Assembly (NCBI RefSeq): GCF_018350175.1
Contig: NC_058368.1
Coordinates: forward strand, 95,916,001 to 95,980,000
Direction: 5' to 3'
Length of the DNA: 64,000 nucleotides
Source of the DNA: Felis catus
Lineage: Eukaryota
The notes under the pieces are model-generated. The model was not told the DNA's origin, did not search any database, and saw nothing but the letters and a program-made list of their open reading frames with translations. The translations under genes were made by a program, and so were the position numbers. Of the stretch, positions 48,481 to 61,211 are shown piece by piece (the stretch's first letter is position 1; each line of letters begins with the position of its first letter).

Positions 48481-48591
48481 TTTCTCTTGCTGTCAATCTC
48501 AGGGTGTCATTGTGTAATGAATCCGGACGTTTTACTTTATTCTACTTACTAGCATTTCATCTCATAGTTTCTCTCTTAATTTAAATTGAAA

Positions 48592-48806
48592 TTTTTAAAA
48601 AATGTAATGTTTATTTTTGAGAGAGAGAGAGACAGAGCATGAGTAGGGGAGGGGCAGAGAGAGAGAGGGAGACACAGAATCCAAAGCAGGCTCCAGGCTC
48701 TGAGCTGTCCGCACAGAGCCGGATGCAAGGCTCGAACCCATGAAACGTGAGATCATGACCTGAGCTGAAGTTGGTCGCTAAACCCCCTGAGCTGCCCAGG
48801 TGCCCC
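48592..48806 (-). mobile_element. Can-SINE
   Basis: TSD taaattgaaa(a/c)tttt. Confidence 0.95.
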
Positions 48807-48859
48807 TAAATTGAAACTTTTGGTCGAAAATTCATTGGCAGGCTTCCAAAATTTTGAGA

Positions 48860-49600
48860 TAGAAAAGGTTTTGTATCCATGTCTCTTCTCCACACCTCCT
48901 TCCTCTCTTTCTCTTGTTCCCTCTTCCGTCACTCAACTTGAGTAATCAAAGTATTTTTAGCTTCTGGTGCTAGTGCCTCCAGAGTTTTTGGTGTGTCTAC
49001 AAATAACTACAAATGAATATTCTTATTTTCTACCTTTTGCAAAACACAAAAGATAGCATAATATAAATACCGTCTGACTTACTCTTCTTTCATTTAATTA
49101 TATATCCTGAAGGTTTTATGGAAAGTTCTTTCATGTCTCTCTAGAGCTGCATCATATTCCTATGGAAAGGATGTATTATAAGTATTTTAAACAGTCCTTG
49201 TCTCCATTGATGGGAATTTGATTTCCTTCCATTATTTTACTTGTAATAATTTGCAGAGAATTACCTTATCCCTACTTCATTATGCATATGAGCAGGTCTC
49301 TAGGACACTACCCAAAGTAGAATCACGGTGTCAAAATTACCATTATAATTTTGGTAAAATTTGCCGGCTTTCCTTTCATAAATTTTATACAAATTACATG
49401 ACCCTCAGCGATGTATGCGAACGGTTTCTTCACAGCTTTACCAGCAGGAAGTTTTATTAAGTAGGTGGATTTTTGCCAGTTTAATAGATAAAAAATGGAA
49501 TAATTTATCTTACTATGATTAGGGCTTAAACATTGTTAAATATGTGTAAAAGCCATTTCTCGTTTCTTTCTACAAAACACAGTCTTTGTTTAGTTTTTTT
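48860..49600 (-). mobile_element. Ancient L1ME-type fragment
   Basis: 'ctccattgatgggaatttgatttccttccattattttac...','tttttgccagtttaatagataaaaaatgg'. Confidence 0.55.
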
Positions 49601-50461
49601 CTATGTGCCTCAGCTATTCACTCAACAAATATTTCCTACATGGCAGGCAGTGTTTTATTTATTTGGATACAATAAGCATATATATGAGATATGCATGGCA
49701 TATATGTATAGTATATACACATTGCATATATGAGATATACTTTCCTTGGGGCAACGTTCAGATTTTGATCTGTAATTTATTTTTTATTTTGTTTCCAAAC
49801 CTTATCTAGGAAGCTTCTGCTGCTGGCCTGCATACAAGTATATAACTTTTGCACTGGTGAATGAATGCCTGTCTTTCAGGAACTGTATTTTTCTGTCTTT
49901 AAAGAACTGTTATTTCTGTGCCTCTTTCTAGTGTCACTCTTCTTCCTCTTATGCAGCTTCTGACAAATCCCACTGACCTGTCAATATACGTACATTTGTT
50001 GTATACATAGTATATACATAGTATTTCTCCTACTGTTATTAAATATGGTGGGTGTGTAGAAGTGATCTTATTGCTTTTATGTGATTTATAGGAGTAACAG
50101 GTATGGGGGCAGGAAGTTGATAAAGACAGCCGTATTCATACCAGAAGTCTCTGTGCCCACGTATTTATTTTTATAAGACACATATACTCACACCCCCAAA
50201 GTAGCCAAAAATCACCAAAAATAGTCAGAAAACATTTTTGGCTGATTCTGCAGTGGCCTGATAGAAGACTGATAGAAGACTCATTCTTCAAAGAGCACTG
50301 ATATTGGAAGTGAATAGTCCAGTCCGAGCATCAGGAAGGTATAAGGCACAGAACTGGTGAGGACAAAATCTCGACGAACCTTCTAAGAGGCTATAATTCT
50401 ATATAAAATAGTTCATCCATTATCATAGCTGGCAAAAGTAAAGAAAGAAAGATGTTAAAGA

Positions 50462-50673
50462 GGAGCGCCTGGGTGGCTCAGTCGGCCAAGCATCCAACTT
50501 CAGCTCAGGTCATGATCTCACAGCTGGTGAGTTCGAGCCCCACGTCAGGCTCTGTGCTGACGGCTCGGAGCCTGGAAACTGCTTCCGATTCTGTGTCTGC
50601 CTCTCTCTCTGGCCCTCCCCCATTCATGCTCTGTCTCTCTCTGTCTCAAAAATAAATAAACATTAAAAAAAAA
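50462..50673 (+). mobile_element. Can-SINE
   Basis: Head, B box gagttcgagccc, tail. Confidence 0.95.
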
Positions 50674-51594
50674 GATATTTATACCTTTGGTAGAAAAGAG
50701 AATCCCATGAAAGGATATTCTCAGAGTATTATCTATGGTTTGAAGTACATGAAATTTGTTTCTTATTTGGTTATTGTTTTATGAAAAATATTTGGTCTGG
50801 GGGGTGTTTGGTCTTGGCAGCACCCATTTTATACAGCGTACGTTTCTAGACACAGAGCTGGTGATTAAGATGAAAAGCAATTTTTTTTTTATCACAAATC
50901 ACCCAAGTAACTGGGGACTAGGTCTGACTGAGGTCCATCCTCCACCCCAGTACTGAAATGAGTACGGTTCACATTTTATTTTCTAGGTGCACTTTAACCC
51001 GTTTACAATTAGTGGTGGTTCAGACACAAAGGAATTAGGGTGTTCTCCTTTTCTCAGCCAGTCTCTCTTTTCAGATAATAGTTTTGTAGAGCTGGTTATC
51101 GCCTTGCTCTGACTGGGTGGCTTGTGGTCCTCAGTAGAGTAGAGGGGGACAAGAGGAAAGTAAAGCAAGGATACGTGATGAGATTGACACATTAAAAGCT
51201 TTAGGTTTAATCAACAAATGTCCACCTACATCTATTTTATATATATTTTTGATGTTATAATCCATTTACTTGGACAAAATGCAGAAGCAAATTCACTGTT
51301 TTTCTGCTCTTACAAAATGAGGACCATGGATGTCGTTGTGAAACCTGATTCCACCTAACGAATTATCCGCAGTGATGAGTGATGAAGGATATTGTCTTTA
51401 TTTGACACAGAGTAACCTGTGTAAGATTGACGAACCATATTGGCATTTGCCAGTCAGACTGTGGACTCACCGTTGGAGCTTCCAGACATAGGAATAGATA
51501 CTGAGTGTGAACAGCCCCAGAGAGGAGTAATCTGGAACTAAAGAGTCATCATCTGGAATTAAAGAATACTTTAATTCATTAAAAGAGCATTCTT

Positions 51595-52075
51595 TTTAAA
51601 ATTTTGCTTTGTATATACTTGACATACAATGTGACATTAGTTTCAGGGGTACAATACAGTGACTCAGCAACTCTACAGGTTATGCTGTGCTCACAAGTAG
51701 TGTAGCTAACCATCTGTTACCATACAGTACTGTGATCTCACTGATTGTATTCACTATGCTGTATCTTTTCTTGCCATGACTTCCAAAACTGGGCAACTTT
51801 ATCTCCCATTTCCCTTTACACATTTTCCCCATCCCCCAACACTCTTCCGTGTGGGAACGATTTGTTCTCTGTATTTATAGGTCTGATTTTGGTTTTTGTT
51901 TCTTTATTCATTTGTTTTTTTGATTACACATATGAGTATAATCATAGGATATTTGTCTTTCTCAGTCAGACATGGTTCATTTTCCATAATACCCTTGAGG
52001 TCTATGCATATTGTTGTAGTAGCATGATTCCATCCTCTCTTATGGCTGCCTAATATTCCATTGTGTGTCTATGTA
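51595..52075 (-). mobile_element. LINE-1 3'UTR (carnivore/L1MA-type)
   Basis: 'acttgacatacaatgtgacattagtttcaggggtacaatacagtgactc...ttatggctgcctaatattccattgtg'. Confidence 0.8.
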
Positions 52076-52199
52076 GGTGTTGTATATTGTGTGTATATGT
52101 ATGTGTGTGTCAACATGTATGTCTGAACTCCATGAATCCTAAATTCAGTACATAAAAACCACCTTTTCCTAGACTGTTCATTAGAAAAACACTTAATTT

Positions 52200-52365
52200 G
52201 GGGTGCCTGGATGGCTCAATCAACTAAGTGACTGACTCTTGATTTTGGCTCCAGTCCTGATCTCACGGTTGTGAGACTGAGCCCTTCGATGGGCTCTGAA
52301 GTGGGTGTGCCTGCTTAAGATTCTCTCTCTCTCTCTGTCCCTCTCCTGCTTGCTTGGTTGTACAT

Positions 52366-52409
<44 letters not shown>

Positions 52410-52450
52410 AGAAAAAAAAAAAAGCAAGAAAGGAAAGAAAGGGAAAAAAA
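52200..52450 (+). mobile_element. Can-SINE
   Basis: TSD aaaaacactta. Confidence 0.92.
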
Positions 52451-52855
52451 AAACACTTACTAGGGAATGGCCTAGTAGGCTACAGGGCATAGTTTTAAGT
52501 TTACTTATCTGCAGTTTAAGTCCTTTTCTGATTTTAACAATGAGTAATGTTTTTCAAATTAAAGAGACTTTTTTTTAAATTAAAACTGTAGATATTTATA
52601 CCAAAGGAAGGCATCCTCTGGTCTTCACTGTAATAGGACAGAATTTATTAATGATTGAAACTCTATCTTTATACACAAGTAAATGTGTTTGAAAATAAAT
52701 TTAGATCAATAGGACACTGACAGCCAGATAATGAAATAAAACAAAGTATCTTTACAGTTTAAATGGGTAAAATTTGATTTTTTTTTTGCTGTGCTCTATT
52801 TCTGTCAAGTATGGGTATTAGTTTTTTGTTTTATGTTATTTTATGTTATCACACT

Positions 52856-55329
52856 ATTTTATTTTTATTTACATTTTAGTTAACATATATTGCAATGTTG
52901 GTTTCAGGAATAGAATTCAGATTCATCACTTACCTACAATACCCAGTGCTCATCCCAACAAGTGCCATCCTTAACACCCATCACCCATCTAGCCCACCTC
53001 CCACCACCTCCCTCCATCAACCCATAGTTTGTTCTCTATCATTAAGAGTCTCTTGTGGTTTGTTTCCCTCTCTTGTCTTCCTTCCCCCCACTTCCCATAT
53101 GTTCATCTGTTTTTTTCCTAAACTCCACATATAAGTGAAATTATATCGAATTTATCTTCCTCTGTTTGACTTAGTTCACTTAGAATAATACATTCTAGCT
53201 CCATCCACATCATGGCATATGGCAAGATTTCATGTATTTTTGATGGCTGAGTAATATTCCATTTCCTGTGTATACTACTTCTTCTTTATTCATCAGTTGA
53301 TGGACATTGGGCTCTCTCCATAGTTTGGCTATTGTTGATAGTGCTGCTATAAACATTGGGGTGCATGTACCCCTTCAAATCTGTATTTTTGTATCCTTTC
53401 AGTAAATACCTAATAGTGCATTTGGTGGCTCATAGGGTAGTTCTATTTTTATTTTCTTGAGGAAAGTCCATACTGTTCTCCAGAGCGGCTGCACCAGCTT
53501 GTATTCCCACCAACAATGCAAAAGAGATCCTCTTTCTCCGCATCCTCCCCAACATCTGTTGTTGCCTGAGTTGTTAATGTTAGCCATCCTGACAGGTGTG
53601 AGGTGATATCTCATTGTGGTTTTGATTTGTATCTTCCTGATGATGAGTAATGTGGAACATCTTTTCACGAGTCTGTTAGTCATCTAGATGTCTTCTCTGG
53701 AAAAGTGTCTATTCATGTCTTCTGTCCATTTCTTAACTGAGTTATTTGTTTTTTGGGTGTTGAGTTTGGTAAGTTCTTTATAGATTTTGGAAAATAGCCC
53801 CTTATCTGCTATGTCATTTGCAAGTATCTTCTCCCATTCCATAGGCTGCCTTTTAGTTTTGTTGATTGTTTCCTTCCTTTGCAGAAGCTTTTTATCTTGA
53901 TGAGGTCCCACTCATTCCCAAATGTTTGCTTTTGTTTTCTTTCCTTCAGAAGTTGCTCTGGCCAAAGTAAAGAGGTTGGTGCCTGTCTTATCCTCTAGGA
54001 TTTGATGGTTTCCTGTCTCACATGTAGGACTTCCATCCATTTTGAATTTATTTTTGTGTGTGGTGTAAGAAACTGATTCAGGTTCATTCTTCTGCATGTC
54101 ACTGTCCAGTTTCCTGAGCATCATCTGTTGAAGATACTGTCTTTTTTTCCATTGGATATTCTTTCCTGCTTTGTTGAAGATGAGTTGAGTATATAAATGT
54201 AGGTCTATTTCTGGGTTTTCTACTCTGTTCCATTGATCTCTGTGTATGTTTTTGTGCCAGTACATACTGTCTTGATGATTGCAGCTTTGTAATATAGCTT
54301 GAAATATGGAATCGTGATGCCTTTAGTTTTTTCTTTCTCAGGAATGTTTTGGCTCTTCAGGGTCTTCTGTGGTTCCATACAGATTTTATGATTATTTGTT
54401 CTAGCTCTGGGTAAAGTGATGGTGGTATTTTGATAGGGATTTCATTAAATGTATAGACTGCATTGAGCAGTAGAGACATTTTAACAGTGTTTGTTCTTCC
54501 ACTCCATGAGTATAGAATTCTTTTCCATTTCTTTGTGTTCTCTTCAGTTTCTTTCATAAGTGTCCTATTGTTTTCAGAGTGTAGATCTTTTATCTCCTTA
54601 GTTAGGTTTATTCCTAGGTATCTTGCTGTTTTTCTTTCAGTTGTGAATGGGATTGATTCCTTGCTTTCTTTTTCTGCCGCTTTATTATTGGTGTATAGAA
54701 ATACAATAGATTTCTACATGTTAATTTTATATCCTGTGACTTTGCTGAATTCATGCATTAGTTCTAGCAAATTTTTTTTGCGTCTTTCAGGTTTTCTAGG
54801 TCGAGTCTCATGTCATGGGTAAATAGTGAAGGTCTGACTCCTTCCTTGCTAATTTGGGTGCTTTTTATTTCTTTTTGTTGTCTGATGCTGAGGCTAAGAC
54901 TTCTAGACTATGTTAAATAGTAATGGTGAGAGTGAACATCCTTTTCTTGTTCCTGACCATAAGGGGAAGGCTCTCAGTTTTTGCCCATTGAGAATGATTT
55001 TAGCTGTGGGTCTTTCGTATATGACCTTTACGATGTTGAGGTATGCTCCATCTATCCCTGCTTCGTTGAGGGTTTTTATCAAGAATGGATGCTCAACTCT
55101 GCCAAATGCTTTTTCTGCATCTTTTGACAGGATAATGTGATTCTTATCCTTTCTTTTATTAATGTGGTGTATCACGTTGATTGATTTGCAACTCTTGAAC
55201 CAGTCCTGCAGCCCAGTAATAAATCCCACATGATTATGGTGAATAATTCTTTTAATGTATTGTTGAATTTGATTTGCTAATATATTGTTGAGAAGTTTTA
55301 CATCCATGTTCATCAGGGATATTGACCTG
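52856..55329 (-). mobile_element. Carnivore LINE-1, 5'-truncated (3'UTR plus decayed ORF2 RT/C-terminus)
   Basis: Minus-strand ORFs 54903-55313 ([23 protein letters not shown]...[22 protein letters not shown]), 54357-54557, 53912-54265, 53684-53911 and 53399-53683 ([18 protein letters not shown]) are L1 ORF2 pieces. Confidence 0.95.
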
Positions 55330-55489
55330 GAATTCTACCAGACATTTGAAGAAGAGTTAATACCTATTCTTCTCACATTGTTCCAAAAAATAGAAATAGA
55401 AGGAAAACTTCCAAACTCATTCTACAGAGCCAGCATTACCTTCATTCCAAAACTAGACAAAGGCCCCACTAAAAAGGAGAATTACAGGC
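55330..55489 (+). mobile_element. Inverted 5' segment of the same LINE-1
   Basis: Encodes [53 protein letters not shown], the ORF2 segment immediately upstream of the minus-strand part. Confidence 0.93.
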
Positions 55490-57469
55490 ATTATATGGTA
55501 TTGCACTCAAAAAAAGTAGGTTGTCATGTACTGAATAATGATCGGAGAAGGAGATAAATTTTATATTGTATAATGCTAATGAAAATGTCTTTTTTCCTCT
55601 ATCTGAGGAATATGTACCACATCTATATTCATTGTACATATAGCCTAGAAAATCAATGAATTAAGATAATTATTCAGAAAATTTACAACAACAAAGACCC
55701 TGACTGAATTAGAATGATAATTTGCACAAAGTATGCTCTTGCTAAATAAGTGAGTATTTCACGCTTTGAATCAGAATAGAGTTATAAAATTAGGGAAATT
55801 AAGTGTGTTCGTGTATTTTACTTCAGTGTGATGGATTTATTGTGCCAATAGTCATACTAAAAATAAAGTGTAAGGCATTACATGTGCATATATATAATAA
55901 TAACTTTATTATCATATGTTTTCTCCCCTATATTACTTGATAATCACATTTTTCTATTGTTCCCATAATTTTTTCACAATAGTAGAATACTAGAATATTT
56001 GCTAGTATCCAATATATAGAATCAGATAAAAATCAATGACTTTTCACTTACCCATAAGTATGAATTCACAGTATTCTGGGAAATCACAATTCTTGAAGAA
56101 ATAATAAAACTGCAAAGAAGAGGTGGAAATTTTGCAAATGCCTCATCCTGCAAAGCAGTTAGTTCATACATTCTGGACTTTTCCTTTTAAGGTAGATTTC
56201 CTCTGAGATGAATACAAAGGCCCTGCTTAAACCGGTGTCTTCCCTCTAGGGTTGCTTGGGTTTTTTTTGTTTCTTTTTTTAAAATTTCATCCCAAAAAGG
56301 GTTTTAAAAGATTTTTTTACACTATTTATGCCAACTAGGTATGGCTCCAAAAAGAGTTATTACATTTTCTTTATAAAGCAGATGATTGAAAGTTAATCCT
56401 ACAGGCAAATTGTTTCATGTTTTGACCCTCAAACATGTCCCTATAATTATTTATTCATAGCCTTTCACTGATACATGCTCTGCACACAAGTAGAACAAGT
56501 TAGTGATCTTCACTCCTGAGGTTTATTGTTTCCCAAATCCATAAAATTCAATTAACTCTTAAAATCTGCACACGTTGGTTTCTTTTATCACATAAACATT
56601 GGAAGGCCATTCACATTGCCTCTCACACCTTCCTACGTCACTTTTTAAAAGTTAGAGGAAGCGCTGAGTGACTATTTCAAAATCAGGGACTTAATATCTT
56701 TGGCTTGTTTGAAGCCTTAAATTGCATATATTTCCTCTGAAGAGCTTTGTCACTCAAAGTTGGCTTTCCGCTGGGGAGGGGGTGTTTATCCAGTGGCAAC
56801 ATGACTATAAGCATCTCTCGCTGCCCTCCTTGCCAACTTCCCACTCCATTTATTGTAAGAGTCACAGTTTTGCTATGAAATATTCATGTTTGGGATGTCA
56901 GTCGGCTCCATCCTGTCAAGTGGATGACAGTCTGGAAGGCAGCTGTGCATGTAAAGTAAGCAACCTTACTTTATCTGCCCAAGTACATGTTCTGTTTCTT
57001 TGGGCTTGAAAAAATAAGCCACCATTTTCCAGTGGCCTGTGAGGCAAGTGTAGACCTGGGAGATTTTGTAGATTTGATTGTTTTGTTCTCCATTCTAGCA
57101 GACTATTTGGCATAATTGTCTCCTGGAGCATTTTGTGAAGCCATTTATGGATATAAGGAGGCGACGCGATTGGCCTTCCTTACGAACATTCTGGAAAGGT
57201 GCATCAAGTTGCCCAGGACCACAGAGACACTCAGTGAATTTTATTGGTTCCATATTGCCTTGTACTCTTGTCAGAGTCTGTTCCTTGAAAAACCTGGTGG
57301 AGAGTCATCTCAGCACTCTGGGATTGGGGCCAAAGCAACTACGTTGCACATGAATTTTCAATTGAACCATGTAAAGTCCAAACACCCCACTTGGCATCTT
57401 TACAGTCTGGTTCTAACTGGTATTCTGCAACTCCTATTAGCTCACTACCTTCCTGGCATGCTAACGTCT

Positions 57470-57780
57470 TCATATTCTTTGGCACATGCCATCTCCTGTC
57501 TCTTCTCCATGCCTTTATGGTTTTCTCTGCATAGCCTATGCACTCCCTTACGTATTTGAAAAACTCTTGCTCATTCTTAAAACCCAGCTCAAATATTTTC
57601 CCCAAATCTGAGTCTGGAGTCTCTTAACTCCATCTTTTATGTACCTAGAGCTCTTAGTGTGTTTGTAGCATCACATTATTTTTTTTACATTAAGTTGCAA
57701 TTATTTGTTAATATGGTTCGCTGTTGGGTTTTGAATTCTCAAGGACAAAAATTAGTATTTTCTTTTTAATCTCTTCAATT
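57470..57780 (+). mobile_element. L2 fragment
   Basis: 'aaactcttgctcattcttaaaacccagctcaaatattttcccc'. Confidence 0.5.
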
Positions 57781-58732
57781 ATTGGATTTATTTTCTAACA
57801 GCATGTATTTTATTTGTGACAATCTATTAGACTCAAACTTAGGAAATACTTTTTAAAAATAGTAGAGAAACGTGAATTCTTTCCATAATATGTAAGGTAT
57901 GTGTAAGGCAACATTTGCACACTTCCTCCCTTAAATATATCTTTTAATTTAGAGATCATTTTGAGAGTTTTCCAAAATTCAATCTGTAGCCTATCATGAG
58001 TTCATGAATTTCAGTGTCGCTAAATGACAAAAAAATGCCCTTTTATAACTGTGAGATTCCTGTCAGTCACTTTTCACTGAAATTCAATTTGCAAGTTATT
58101 TTGAAGAGATATGTGACTTCTTCCAAAGTTCTTTAAGCTGTTGTTTTCTACTAATGAACCTTGATAAGAGCCATCACAGATCCACTTTCATTACCTTGTC
58201 TTCAGGTTGAACCAAAACCATTTATTTTTTATCAGCCTGCAGAAAAGGTGTCTGTAGCCTGGGTCATTTCAGTGATTAACAGTGCTCACTACCAAGACGA
58301 TTTTATTTACTTTTAATCTGGATGACTCAGTGTAAGTCTATTTTCTTTGGTCCTCTTTTCAGGAAAAAAAAGGGGGGGAAACAGGAGATCACCATCCTCT
58401 GCATAGAAATCCCTCATATATTTGAGACTGTAAGCAAGCCATCTGCCTCCAGGCTCAACAACCTCTGTCCCTCTAACCTCTGAAAAAGCCCCCAAATTCC
58501 AACTGTTAACCACCTTTGTATCCCTTTCATGAACACTATCCTGACTTCATTAAGTTGTGGGTTCCATAACATTTTTCTAGGTGAGGAGTCATATACATTG
58601 ACTGCAAACAAAACAGCATTTTTGTATAGGTAATTTAAGAACTTTAGGATCCCATATTTTCCAGAACATTCCTCACTGGAAACTCTTCCATGTGCTCCAA
58701 AGATATCTAATATCAATACTTAAAAGTGCAAG

Positions 58733-59011
58733 AAATGATTTTATTAATTTCCTTTTTTAAATAGTCCACTGCTACCGTCTAGAAATGCAGCTGATTTTAT
58801 ATCCTGCAGTTTTACTGAATTTGTTTACAAGTCCTAACAAATCCTTTTCTCCCTCTCTCTCACTCTGTGTGTGTGTGGGGGGGGGGGGCTGGGGGGGTGG
58901 GTATATGTATAGAGTCTTTAGAGTTTTGTACATATGAGATCATGTCATCTACAAAGAGAAATAATTTTATTTATTCTTCTCTGGTTTGGACGTCTTTGAT
59001 ATTTTTTTCTT
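58733..59011 (-). mobile_element. Inverted 5' segment of LINE-1
   Basis: Antisense ORF2 RT region: 'tagaaatgcagctgattttatatcctgcagttttactgaattt','gagatcatgtcatctacaaagagaaataat'. Confidence 0.85.
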
Positions 59012-60795
59012 ATTTACAATAGAATAAAAAATAATAAAATAGGAATAACATTAACTAAGAAGGTAAAATGTCTGTACCTTGAAAACTATAAACTATTGGT
59101 GAAGAAATTAAAGATAAATATAGTAAGTGGAAAGACATCCCATGTTTATGGATTGAAAGAATTAATATTGTTAAAATGTCCATACTACCAAGTGATCTAC
59201 AGATTCAGTGCAATCCTTGTGAACATCCCAGTGGCGTTCTTTACAGGAAGAATAAAAAGAATTCTAAAAATCATGTGGAATCACAAAAGACCTAAAATAG
59301 CCAAAGCAATTTTGAAAAGGAAAAGAAAAAAAAGGAAAACAGAAAAACAAAGATGGAGAAATTACACTCCTGGATTTCAAAATATATACAAAGCTATGGT
59401 AATTAAAGCAGTACAATGCTGACATAAAAAGACATGTAGACCAAGGAAACAGAATATAGAGTCCAGAAAAAAGCCCAAGCATATATGGTCAACTCATCTC
59501 TCAGAGGAGTGCCAAGAGCACACAGTGGGGAAAGAATAGCATCTTCAGGAAATGGTTCTGAGAAAACTGGATATCCACATGCAAAAGAATGAAACTGGAC
59601 TCTTTTTTTTTTTACACAATAGGCAAGAGGAAAAGAAATTCAACTGAAAGTAGATTAAAGGCAAATGGACAATCTGAAACTCTAAAACTAATAGAAGAAA
59701 GACCGGGGACAATCCTATGACATTGTTTTTGACAGTCATTACTTCGTTATGACATTAAAAGCACAAGTTGTGGAAGCAAAAATAGACAAGTGGGATAACA
59801 TCAAACTAAAAAGCTACACATCAAAGGTAACAATTAACAATAGGAAAGAAACTTGTGGGATGGGAGAAAATATTTTCTAATAAGCAAAATAGGTAAGAAA
59901 CACCTTAAATAGCTCCCTCTGCTCCTGCAAATAATCAGTTAAACACAGGCAAAGGTCTTGAATAGATATTTCTCCATAGAGGACATAGAAATGACCAACT
60001 GTGACATAAAAAAGATGATCAGCATCCCTAATCATAAGACAAAGGCAAATCCAGATGATAATGAGGTATCATCTCAGACCTTTTAGGATAAACATTATAA
60101 AAAACAAAAATCAAAAACAAAAATGAAAAGTCCAGAAGATAATAAGTATTGACAAGTATGTAGCAGAACAGTAATTTTTATCCATTGTTACTGGGAATAG
60201 AAAATGGTGCAGCCACCATGGAAAACAGTATGGGGGGGGTACCAAAAAAAATAAAAATAAAAATAGGACTTACATGTAATCTAACAATCACACTCCTAGA
60301 TGGTCGTCTGAAAGAATGGAGAGCAGGATCTCAAAAAGATACTAGTATTCATATGTTCATTGCAGCATTATTCATAATAGCCAAGACATGGAAACAACAC
60401 AGTGTTCACCAATGGATAAATGGGTTAAAAACGTGATGTATATACATGTTATAGAATGTTACTCAGCCTTGAAAAGGAAGAAAATCCTACCATATGCAAT
60501 AACTTGGATGAGCCTTGAGGATACTATGCTAACTGAAATAAGCCAGTCACAGAAGAAAAATACTGTATGATTTCACTTTTATGAAATATTTAAAATGGTA
60601 AAACTTGTAGAAGCAAGGAGTAGAACAATGGTTTGCCAGGGTCTGGGGAGAGGGGAAATGGAGAATTGGTATAAAATTTTACTTATGCAATATGAGTAAG
60701 TTCTGAGATCTGATGTACAATATTATGCCTATTGTTAACACTTAAAGTGTGTTATGTGGATAGATTTCATGTTAAATTGCTTTTAGTGTAATTTA
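59012..60795 (+). mobile_element. LINE-1 3' part (L1MA9/L1MB1-like)
   Basis: ORF 59096-59422 ([16 protein letters not shown]...[13 protein letters not shown]), 60388-60570 (WMSLEDTMLTEISQSQK), then 3'UTR. Confidence 0.92.
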
Positions 60796-61211
60796 AGAAG
60801 CGTGCAAAAGAGCATATCTTAGGGATACTTTTATAATAATTTTGAAGGTGTATATTTAGGCAATTTTACATCGAGAGACTTTCCTAAATGGACAACTGTG
60901 ACAACTGCAGCAATCCAAAATAATAAGTTATTTAGAACCTGGCTCCATTGAGTTTAGGTAGAGCTTAAATGGTTCAAGCTGATGCTATAATAAACTTGAA
61001 TTTACAAATCCCTTGTACTTTGGTATAATATAGAGAATGAAAAAAGATTACAACCTGGCCACAAACAGGTCACTGTTTTAGCAATGATGATGAGCTAATT
61101 AGTGGATACAGACACATCAATTCTGGTTTTTCATTGGCTGTGCCTTGTGACCAGACATTTACAGGTGGCTCCAGTGTAATCTATGGCCAAGAAAAGATGG
61201 AGACTATAGCC

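Noticed and set aside
57116..57559. 147-aa ORF in mostly unique sequence
   Set aside because: No recognisable domain, non-ATG start, 3' part runs into an L2 remnant; no supportable splice context. BLASTP/PhyloCSF would settle it.
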